Assembly (NCBI GenBank): GCA_043823295.1
Contig: JBDRAY010000099.1
Location: 1 to 41,846, forward strand
Source: Methanobacteriota archaeon
Lineage (GTDB): Archaea > Altiarchaeota > Altiarchaeia > IMC4 > SCGC-AAA252-I15
DNA: 41,846 nucleotides
Direction of reading: 5' to 3'
Position numbers and translations under genes: made by a program. Below, one piece after another: positions 17,889-25,507 of the stretch; positions within the stretch are counted from its first letter, which is position 1, and the number at the start of each line of letters is the position of its first letter. The notes under the pieces are model-generated. The model had not been told where the DNA came from. It saw only the letters and a program-made list of their open reading frames with translations, and ran no database searches.

Positions 17889-18203
17889 TTATGGGCAGGG
17901 TGGTCCGCACGCGATTGTACCGCCATAGGCCATCTGTAAGGCATGACAGTACAACCCGCATACTAGGTTGAAGGCGAGGTATGCGACAATCAACCCTACT
18001 ATAGTCCAGATCAGCCCTTTTTTCGCTTCAGCCCTGCCTTTAGGAGACTCTGACATAAGCCATCGCAGTCCTTGAAGAGCAATCATGAATGTGGCTAAGG
18101 CTGCTGCAAGAGTCATTAAGCCTTCATTCAAGTCGAATGCGGACGCATTCCCAGTTAAGGCTGTTAGGATCATGCATGTGAGTTGGATCTTTTTTTTATT
18201 CAT
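17889..18203 (-). CDS. VirB2/TrbC-like pilin candidate (short paralog)
   Basis: Signal peptide (IQLTCMILTALTGNASA) then LAAALATFMIALQGLRWLMSESPKGRAEAKKGLIWTIVGLIVAYLAFNLVCGLYCHAL. The loop and second helix are nearly identical to those of the 118-aa ORF. It overlaps the stop of the upstream 751-aa gene by 8 nt. Confidence 0.6.
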   Translation of the reverse strand: MNKKKIQLTCMILTALTGNASAFDLNEGLMTLAAALATFMIALQGLRWLMSESPKGRAEAKKGLIWTIVGLIVAYLAFNLVCGLYCHALQMAYGGTIACGPPCP

Positions 18204-20451
18204 CCTTGTTTGAAAACTTATGCCTTACAAATTTCGGGTAAGTGCGACGTATCCCGTAGGTTGGATCGATGATGAACTTTACTGCTGATTCCATCCTATC
18301 CCAAGATATGCTGGAGGTAGAGCAAGGTTTGACTAGGAAGAATCCTTGAATTGAGACTGCGATTGTCTTATCATCGAACTCAAAATTTTCAGGCTCCTTA
18401 AATGTTAGTTCGACGTAGTCTCCGGTAGTTAAGTTAAGGTAGTTTCCATCGTCTTCTAAGAGGTAATCCAGAATCTGGCTTTCAGAGTATTTCGTATTGG
18501 ACTCTGCTTTTATTGGAGTGATTTCACGTATTTCTAATTTACCGTCCAACTCGAATTCGACTTGAGCATAGTCTATTTCATACGCAAGCGTTGAGGAATC
18601 GAGTTTAATGTATATTGAGTCGTTTTCAGGCACGTTTAAGACTAATATGTTCTCCTGGATAATGCCCGCTCCCACACCATAAGCCTTCTGCCTTACCCAA
18701 ACTGATCCATCCCACACCTTAACGTTCAGTACTCCTTCACGGTCTCGAAGCTTGTAAAGCGCACTTTTAAGTGGTTCATGCCATGACAATCGCGCGATCT
18801 TTTCAGCATTCAACTTTCCTAAAATATTTTGGAATTCATTCCAAGCATGTGACACTCCACCCGAACCTTTAACTCCTAAAAGAAGCTTGGCCTGGCTCTT
18901 TAAGGGTGGATTCGGAAAAGAGAGTATGATTCCATCGTGCAAGTCCTCAATATCGTATTCATCAATAATGTCGTCGCCATCAGAGTCTCTCAAGTTTTTA
19001 TCGTCGACAGAGCTCATCCAGTATACTCCATCGTTTTCCATGAACTCCAAGCATTCTGTACCATCCTCCTCAAAGCAGGATAATGGTTTGACTGGATTGG
19101 TGGTGGTGTGGAATCCACCATCCAGGTCGGGGTATACCCTATTTTTCTTTTCATGTCCTATGACGAATAATCTCACCTTATCTGTGAAACTGTCCTCAAC
19201 GAGTTCTTCAGTAATGCGTATCTTGTATTCCCCGCCAGATTCCTCTAAGTTTTCCAAAACCGAATACGATTCATCCTCCCAAGGGGGAAGAGCGCTATGA
19301 GGGTAACCTTCATGCTCTAGAACGTATTCACTCCCATTGAAAGAGTATATGAAAGGGCACCCGTCGTCAGGATTTGGAGATGGTGCTGAAGGACAAGTTG
19401 CATCACAATTGCATGCTCTGCCAATGTTGCCTGGCTTGGCGCATTCATAAGATAGCAGGTAGATGACAAGCCCTCTGCCTCCCGCGATGATGATTAATCC
19501 AGCTATAATATACATTAAAGCCTTTTTAGAGTTGTCTCTTTTAGCTGGAGTGTCTGCCGTAAGCCATCCCACTGCCACATACATCATCATGACAGTTCCC
19601 ACTCCCACGGCTATTCTGCTTATGAGGTTTATGATGGGATCAAATGCTTTTTCAACTCCGTCGGCGATACAGTTTGCATTCGCATCCGTGTTTACAGGGT
19701 CAGCCCAGTCTTCTGCGGCATTATCCATTTCATACTGGTCTATCATGCCGTCACCATCTGTGTCGTCACAAGCGTCCCCTTCCTGATCGCATCCCACAGT
19801 GCCTTCATCACAGTAACTGTTCGGCATAGTGCCACCTGGGTTGTTCGCAATAGCAGGGCAATTGTCCACTTCATCAGGACAGCCGTCTCCATCAGCGTCT
19901 GTGACACAGGAACCATCCCACCAACCACACCCGCTCATAACCTTGCATGGATTCACTCCGCAATCCTTGGAATTAACGTAGTCATTGCACTCGAAATTCC
20001 TGGGGCAGTCAAGGCATCTTTTAAATTTATCGGAACTATCGTATTCCGGGACGCAACCTGTGGGAGCCGCCGCAGTACCCCTACAAGGTCCCTCGGGTTT
20101 TCTTCCCCCGCAACCTGCACTACAGTACTCGTAGTCGACAATCCATTCGCACTTTGCCGCACCCGTAGCGTGACATGGGTCTCGATTACACACCCACTCA
20201 AAGTCATAGTCTGAACAGTATATGTCATCTCTATCCGGGCAACTCCGACAAGTCCACAGTAAAATACCCATGTCAGGATAACATATTCCATCACCTGATG
20301 AATCAGTATCATAGTTCACACAATTGTTGAAGCAGGTTACGTCATAACCTACACACTCAATGAATGCAAAATCAAACCAGGCACAGGCTGTTGCTGAAAC
20401 ATTGTTTGAAAGAAAAAATACGATCAACACCGCGACTATTCTATTGTTCAT
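18196..20451 (-). CDS. Cys-rich secreted protein with TSP3-like Ca-binding repeats, an internal VirB2-like hairpin and a roughly 400-aa C-terminal domain
   Basis: Signal peptide (IVAVLIVFFLSNNVSA). A roughly 230-aa region contains more than 30 Cys. Acidic motifs DADGDGCPDEVDNCP and DDTDGDGMIDQYEMDN fit the thrombospondin type-3 pattern DxDxDGxxDxxDNC. The internal module ISRIAVGVGTVMMMYVAVGWLTADTPAKRDNSKKALMYIIAGLIIIAGGRGLVIYLL (about 19447-19650) aligns with the pilins. The C-terminal domain was not recognised. Confidence 0.6.
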   Translation of the reverse strand: MNNRIVAVLIVFFLSNNVSATACAWFDFAFIECVGYDVTCFNNCVNYDTDSSGDGICYPDMGILLWTCRSCPDRDDIYCSDYDFEWVCNRDPCHATGAAKCEWIVDYEYCSAGCGGRKPEGPCRGTAAAPTGCVPEYDSSDKFKRCLDCPRNFECNDYVNSKDCGVNPCKVMSGCGWWDGSCVTDADGDGCPDEVDNCPAIANNPGGTMPNSYCDEGTVGCDQEGDACDDTDGDGMIDQYEMDNAAEDWADPVNTDANANCIADGVEKAFDPIINLISRIAVGVGTVMMMYVAVGWLTADTPAKRDNSKKALMYIIAGLIIIAGGRGLVIYLLSYECAKPGNIGRACNCDATCPSAPSPNPDDGCPFIYSFNGSEYVLEHEGYPHSALPPWEDESYSVLENLEESGGEYKIRITEELVEDSFTDKVRLFVIGHEKKNRVYPDLDGGFHTTTNPVKPLSCFEEDGTECLEFMENDGVYWMSSVDDKNLRDSDGDDIIDEYDIEDLHDGIILSFPNPPLKSQAKLLLGVKGSGGVSHAWNEFQNILGKLNAEKIARLSWHEPLKSALYKLRDREGVLNVKVWDGSVWVRQKAYGVGAGIIQENILVLNVPENDSIYIKLDSSTLAYEIDYAQVEFELDGKLEIREITPIKAESNTKYSESQILDYLLEDDGNYLNLTTGDYVELTFKEPENFEFDDKTIAVSIQGFFLVKPCSTSSISWDRMESAVKFIIDPTYGIRRTYPKFVRHKFSNKDE

Positions 20452-20454
20452 TTC

Positions 20455-22743
20455 CTAAAAAAACGATGAGATTTTTTCCGGAACATCAGTTCTCGGAAGT
20501 ATTTCACCAAGCTTTTGCTGGTAATCCCTTTGAAGCGAAATGTCATCGGAGATTATGAAAAAGTAATCATATTTCTTAAGCACCTTCATCTTGTTTTTAA
20601 CTTCCTCTACAGCCGCCTTAGTGCCGACTCCAGCCGAAACTTCAATTGCGATCATCCTTCCGTCAGGCGCCTCAAACGTCACGTCCGGAAGCTTGGTGTG
20701 GTGTATCAAAGCCTGGTCGGTGAAACTCCTAACCTCCTCAAAAATCATCTGTTGCAATACAAAATGATCGTCCGTCTCACCACTATTGTTAACGATTAAA
20801 AACAATTCACTCTTACCCTGTAATGTAACAACCCTAACCTCCTCAAAACCTCTTTTTTCGAGGAAGATAATCTGCTCGTCGCTTAAAAGCGCCTTATTCT
20901 GCACTTTCTTGCTCAAGTCGAATTCAGTCTGAATCGCGTCACCGGAAGGTTTCTCAATGATTTGAGTTGGCCTGTTGATCATCTCGTCAGGCTTGGTTGT
21001 AATAAGCCTGTATTCTTCAGGGGATGCTTGAATGAAGATGGGAATCCTCGTATTCTCCGCGATAAGAAGCGCTCTGCCCATCGTTGCAATTGATAGGAAT
21101 CTTTGTTCAGCAGTGTTCAAGTTGAATTGGTCGACAATCTGGTCTACTACGGCAACGTCCTGCTTTAAAAGAAGCTTTGTTGCCGTGTTCGTGAGAACAG
21201 CCCGCCCTGCCCTGGTCGTGAGGATGTCTTCCACATCCTGAGTAATCAATATCAATCCTAGATTGAATTTACGGCAAGTCTTAACGATCTTGAGAACATA
21301 CTCTGCTTGCTCTCCCGCAGACAGTACAGTCCAAGCCTCGTCAATAACAAGGATTTTACGAGTTTTAGACTTCTTCATCTGAGTGTAAACGTACTCCAAC
21401 ACTGAAAACATGATAACGCCCTTTCCGACGTCCGGCGCATCCCTTATGTCAAAGGAAACAATCTTCTTGTCGATGTCCATGCGGGTGTGCTGGTTCAGAA
21501 ACCTCATGGGACCGAAAACATAAGGTTTCGTCCGGTTAACAATAGCCCAAGCAGGCTTGTAAATCATCTCCTTACTCGACCTTGTTAAAGGTAAAGCCTC
21601 ATTGTACAAGTCTTCGAGAAGCGGGGGAGTATTACTCCAAGTCTTAGGATCCTGTGTTATGCCCTTATCCTCATAGACGTGCTCTATAGCCTCATCCAGT
21701 ATTGCCGCCTGCGCCTCAGTAAGCTCCCCCAACAAAACCCTGAAGAACGCGAGAAGCGAAAGTTTCTTCTCGTCAAGACTCTGGTCAAGTAGATCAAAGG
21801 GGTTTATAACACTCGTAGAGTCCGGCGCAATCCGGATTACCTTCCCGTCGAAGGTGTTTACCAGCTCGCTGTACTCTGCTTGGGGGTCGATTATGTTTAC
21901 GTCAGTACCCTCCATAAGCTCCCTCATAATGAACAATTTTATCCCGAAACTTTTACCACCACCCGAAGTCCCTAAAACCAGAATGTTGGGGTTGGAAAGC
22001 TCGAAGGGATCTATTATGATTGGGATGCTGTTTATCTCGTTGAATCCAATAAGAATCCCTGACGTATGCTGTTCAAGAGAAGTGATCGCGAAGGGGAAAC
22101 AGGCTGCGGCGGCAGAGGACGTGATGTTCCTGGTTATCTTCAACTCGTCTTTTGCGATTGGCAAGGTTGATTTCACAGCCTTCAGCATCTCGAGGGCAGG
22201 GATCTTTGGGATGATCATGATAGAGTTCATCGTCGACATGACCTGCTTAGCCGACTTCTCAAGTTCTTCCTTAGTAAACGCCTTAACGTCAAGGTAAAGG
22301 CTCATGTCAAACATCTTCTCTGTACCCTCCTGAACCAGGTTTAGGAGGGCCATAGTGTCCTGGTGCTGCTGGACAAGCGCTTGAGGTATGAGCTTTCCTG
22401 AAATCTCAAGGGCGTAGAGGTCTGTTTTCTGTTTTTTAATCTCGTTTTCGAGAAGCTTTATGGTCGAGTCGACTGAGTAGGGTGTTATGTGGATGGCGAG
22501 GTCGAAGTCCAAGTTTATCTCGATGAGCCTTGTAAGCCACCCGGGATCAACGAGCCTCGGATAGTTTATCGCGCAAATCACTTGGTGGTACTTGTTGATT
22601 TGAACGTCTTTAGGGTGGTGTATGATCATTGAGGGTGAAGTCAGGTATTCGATTAGCTTGTCCTCATACTCCTTCATGTTCAGGCTTTCAGCCTTTTTTT
22701 CTTGCGTCTTCTTTTTTCCGAAGGGTAGGAAATCTAAGTTCAT
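20455..22743 (-). CDS. virB4: VirB4/TrbE/TraC-family T4SS ATPase with an additional C-terminal domain of about 170 aa
   Basis: Walker A LVLGTSGGGKSF (21949-21972, K264). Walker B KILVIDEAWTVL (D468/E469, 21337-21342). The N-terminal block INYPRLVDPGWLTRLIEINLDFDLAIHITP is typical of the CagE/TrbE/VirB domain. ITQDVEDIL and LLLKQD blocks lie downstream. It sits next to PrgI-like, VirB6-like and VirB2-like genes. Confidence 0.85.
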   Translation of the reverse strand: MNLDFLPFGKKKTQEKKAESLNMKEYEDKLIEYLTSPSMIIHHPKDVQINKYHQVICAINYPRLVDPGWLTRLIEINLDFDLAIHITPYSVDSTIKLLENEIKKQKTDLYALEISGKLIPQALVQQHQDTMALLNLVQEGTEKMFDMSLYLDVKAFTKEELEKSAKQVMSTMNSIMIIPKIPALEMLKAVKSTLPIAKDELKITRNITSSAAAACFPFAITSLEQHTSGILIGFNEINSIPIIIDPFELSNPNILVLGTSGGGKSFGIKLFIMRELMEGTDVNIIDPQAEYSELVNTFDGKVIRIAPDSTSVINPFDLLDQSLDEKKLSLLAFFRVLLGELTEAQAAILDEAIEHVYEDKGITQDPKTWSNTPPLLEDLYNEALPLTRSSKEMIYKPAWAIVNRTKPYVFGPMRFLNQHTRMDIDKKIVSFDIRDAPDVGKGVIMFSVLEYVYTQMKKSKTRKILVIDEAWTVLSAGEQAEYVLKIVKTCRKFNLGLILITQDVEDILTTRAGRAVLTNTATKLLLKQDVAVVDQIVDQFNLNTAEQRFLSIATMGRALLIAENTRIPIFIQASPEEYRLITTKPDEMINRPTQIIEKPSGDAIQTEFDLSKKVQNKALLSDEQIIFLEKRGFEEVRVVTLQGKSELFLIVNNSGETDDHFVLQQMIFEEVRSFTDQALIHHTKLPDVTFEAPDGRMIAIEVSAGVGTKAAVEEVKNKMKVLKKYDYFFIISDDISLQRDYQQKLGEILPRTDVPEKISSFF

Positions 22744-22744
22744 T

Positions 22745-23686
22745 TCAAGCTTTCTGTGCTGGTGCCTCCTCCTTGGGTTGTTCAGTTTTTCCCGAAGCCC
22801 TTGCCTTGGCTTCCTTAAGCCTTCTCTCCCTCATATGCTGCGGACTCTCCTTCCACATCATGCGATACATGGTGATGGGGCTTATAAAGCTTTCAGCAAT
22901 TTCGAAGGTCTCTGTGAAGTATGAGGAGTAGAAGTTTGTAAGCTGCCCCTTAGTCAGCCTGTCGGATATGATGCCTGAAAGCGAAAGTGTTGCCTGAATA
23001 TTCTCACATCTGGTTTCAAGGTTTTCAATGATAAGTTTCTCATCTCCCTTAACCTCACCTGGAACGATAATGTAGAAGAGCCGGTCACAAATCTTGTTCT
23101 GAGAAATGTATTGCTTCATATAATCCTCAAAATGCTCGAAGTAGGCTAATGCGACCTTGTCGTCACGTTTGGAAATCTTCCTCTTGATGTGCCTGAGATA
23201 ATCGTCCAAATCAAGGTTAACGGACCTCATGGCAATCTGGATTGGGTAAGTCAAGGCATTCAGGAAGTTCAGAAAACCGTAGATGACCATATCCCTGTCT
23301 TGCTCGCTCATTACGGCAAAGTTTATGGGCTTGACCCTAATGACCCCTAATATCCGGCCATCCTTCAGGTAGACTGAGTTCCCCTTAATAGACTTTATAC
23401 CCATTATTTCTCGGGCTGCAGGTGAAAGCCAGGAAAGGGTTTTTTTAGCCCTGAAAAAGTTGAAGTAGTTCTTAATTAGTCTGTCGAGATTGAATTTCGC
23501 AAACCCTATCGTTATCAAACCTACAACGCCGATAATCATTACTTTGGCAGGCATCGGCATGGTCTCCATAAGGTAGACGTACAATGCAATACCCCCTCCA
23601 ATGCCGACGTACACTGATTCCTTTAAAGTGAACGGCCCTAAAATCTTCTCTTCGTAATGGACGTTTTGGGGTATGGCGTATGGCAT
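22745..23686 (-). CDS. PrgI/VirB3-like membrane protein with a roughly 230-aa soluble extension
   Basis: The N-terminus MPYAIPQNVHYEEKILGPFTLKESVYVGIGGGIALYVYL plus a second TM (AKVMIIGVVGLITIGFA) matches the PrgI-family pattern (VP.di...eeKi.G.lT.rq). The gene lies immediately upstream of virB4 (1-nt gap), the usual VirB3 position. The extension contains ILGVIRVKPINFAVMSEQDRDMVIYGFLNFLNALTYPIQI. Confidence 0.55.
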   Translation of the reverse strand: MPYAIPQNVHYEEKILGPFTLKESVYVGIGGGIALYVYLMETMPMPAKVMIIGVVGLITIGFAKFNLDRLIKNYFNFFRAKKTLSWLSPAAREIMGIKSIKGNSVYLKDGRILGVIRVKPINFAVMSEQDRDMVIYGFLNFLNALTYPIQIAMRSVNLDLDDYLRHIKRKISKRDDKVALAYFEHFEDYMKQYISQNKICDRLFYIIVPGEVKGDEKLIIENLETRCENIQATLSLSGIISDRLTKGQLTNFYSSYFTETFEIAESFISPITMYRMMWKESPQHMRERRLKEAKARASGKTEQPKEEAPAQKA

Positions 23687-23769
23687 AGTTAAACAATAAG
23701 ATATTTATCTAGAAGTTATAAATACTGGCCTGCGTTGGTTTTTTTTCCTACTGGTTCCATTGTATTAAC
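23687..23769. promoter_or_regulatory. Divergent AT-rich intergenic region with TATA-like elements
   Basis: ATATTTATCT (23701-23710) and GTTATAAATA (23715-23724) lie 15-38 nt upstream of the minus-strand ATG at 23686. They lie about 45-70 nt upstream of the plus-strand ATG at 23770. This is the only sizeable non-coding gap inside the locus. Confidence 0.3.
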
Positions 23770-24363
23770 ATGGTTTTGAAAAGTAGGCCTAAGTGGCCTG
23801 CGTTAAACGGTCAGGTACATTCCGACACTCACCCTCTTGAAGTTCAGGGTTCCTTCCCGAACCTCCTTTTTGACGCTGCGGCGGTTAAAAAACTTACTGA
23901 AACACACTTTTCAAGTGTTAGGGAGGAGGCGAGCAAGCTCACCCAAGATTATCCTTCGCTTGATGGAGTATTGGTAATCTATCCGAAATCCTATGGAAAT
24001 CCCCCTTCAGCCGTTTCCCAGGGAGAACCCGCGCAAGAACCTGTCGAAGGCTTCTACTGTTACCTCGTCTTTGACAGGAACGGTTTCTTTACAAAAAAAA
24101 GACCCGGGAGTCCGAACCCCCTCCACCATGAGGACCGTGAAAGGGCAGAGGAAACTCTCTCCCACGGTTTAATGGGCAGGCCCGTAAACATGACCGGGTA
24201 TCTATTCCGAGACACGCTTGTCGAAGGTGATAACGGGTTAATTCACGATCACAGGATTCTGAATGTGCCAACCCTAAGCGACCGATACAGAGTTCATAAC
24301 CTAATTTACGTTCCAGTTGACAGTAACGAGCCAGTAAAACAGGTACTCCCACAACCCAAATAA
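23770..24363 (+). CDS. Hypothetical soluble protein (only plus-strand gene inside the core locus)
   Basis: 197-aa ORF with an ATG start, no TM helix and no recognisable motif. It lies between the two minus-strand operons. Confidence 0.45.
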   Translation: MVLKSRPKWPALNGQVHSDTHPLEVQGSFPNLLFDAAAVKKLTETHFSSVREEASKLTQDYPSLDGVLVIYPKSYGNPPSAVSQGEPAQEPVEGFYCYLVFDRNGFFTKKRPGSPNPLHHEDRERAEETLSHGLMGRPVNMTGYLFRDTLVEGDNGLIHDHRILNVPTLSDRYRVHNLIYVPVDSNEPVKQVLPQPK

Positions 24364-24367
24364 AAAA

Positions 24368-25501
24368 TCATCTCCCGTAGTAGACGTCGCTCGGCTGGAA
24401 GGATTTCGCAATCTTTACAGAGCTTATGAACTGTCTCTCCTCCACGTAGCCTTCCTCCTTCATGAGCTTTATCATCGCCCTGTATTGTTTTTCGGTGGGG
24501 TGTTCCCGGTCGTAGTCTTCTAGGTCGAATATTTCTTGGGCTGAGAGTTTGTCGATTTCGAAGACGTCTTCAATGTTTATGAAGAATATGTCAAGTAGTT
24601 TCTCCAGTTTCGTGTATTTCTTCTTGTTTCTCCTAGCATCCTCAATTTTCTTCCATGCCCCGATGGGTGCCCACTGGTGGCCTAAGTATTCTCCTGCATA
24701 AGAGTATTGCCCCCTGAATTTTACGTTATCCATCCACCACAAGGCCGCAAGCTTGCTTGATTCACCCATATTATACCACATGGGACCTTTGAACGGTTTA
24801 AGAGCCTCCCTACGCGAGTATGACCCCCCAAAAAGACCTGCAGTGGTTTGCGCCCCCCCATCCTCCTCCTCTAAACCAGTAGTCATGAAGGATCTTACTG
24901 AATCAACAATGTCTGCCACAGCTTTCGCGTAACTCCTACGTTTTTTCGGATGCTCGAAAGCATCCTCTGAAATTTTCCCGGCAAGCTTGAATAGCGTGCT
25001 TGCGGCATGCTCGGCCCGAAACCCGCTTCCCTCAGGGCCTCCGGATCCTCCACCCCCGTCTCCGCCAAAGATTAAGAATCCTCCAGATGCGAATTCCTTT
25101 TTCAGCATCTTTTTAGTTCCGGGTTCAAGAAGCTCTCCCAGGGTAGTGCGTTTTTCCCTGCTTAGTCTTCCATGCTCCTGCGGGACTCTCATACTAACTA
25201 TCGTATTGTCTGGAACGCCATCTTGTTGCATGCGCTGGGCTTGCTCAAGAGCCTGGTCTAACTTAACCTCCACAATTTCTTCTTTAAGGCTGATTTCGGA
25301 AATCTCAACGGGGTCGGGCTTCTTCCCCCCTTTTTTAAATTCGCCGAAAGCCTCTATCTTCAAAACCTTCTTGATGTTTGATTCGTCGAAATCCTTTTGT
25401 TTTTCAGTTATTATGGGGCCTCCCCTCTCAAGCATTTCAAGTCTCTTCTCTTCAATGCTTTTCTCGCGGTCCTTCATGTCCTTGGGTTTTTCATCATCCA
25501 T
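24368..25501 (-). CDS. Hypothetical charged soluble protein with an internal poly-Gly tract
   Basis: 377 aa. Highly charged N-terminus, a GGDGGGGSGGPEGSG linker and a Trp/Tyr-rich C-terminal domain (PMWYNMGESSKLAALWWMDNVKFRGQYSYAGEYLGHQWAPIGAWKK). It lies 6 nt downstream of the VirB6-like gene, so it is probably co-transcribed. Confidence 0.55.
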   Translation of the reverse strand: MDDEKPKDMKDREKSIEEKRLEMLERGGPIITEKQKDFDESNIKKVLKIEAFGEFKKGGKKPDPVEISEISLKEEIVEVKLDQALEQAQRMQQDGVPDNTIVSMRVPQEHGRLSREKRTTLGELLEPGTKKMLKKEFASGGFLIFGGDGGGGSGGPEGSGFRAEHAASTLFKLAGKISEDAFEHPKKRRSYAKAVADIVDSVRSFMTTGLEEEDGGAQTTAGLFGGSYSRREALKPFKGPMWYNMGESSKLAALWWMDNVKFRGQYSYAGEYLGHQWAPIGAWKKIEDARRNKKKYTKLEKLLDIFFINIEDVFEIDKLSAQEIFDLEDYDREHPTEKQYRAMIKLMKEEGYVEERQFISSVKIAKSFQPSDVYYGR

Positions 25502-25507
25502 TTTAGA

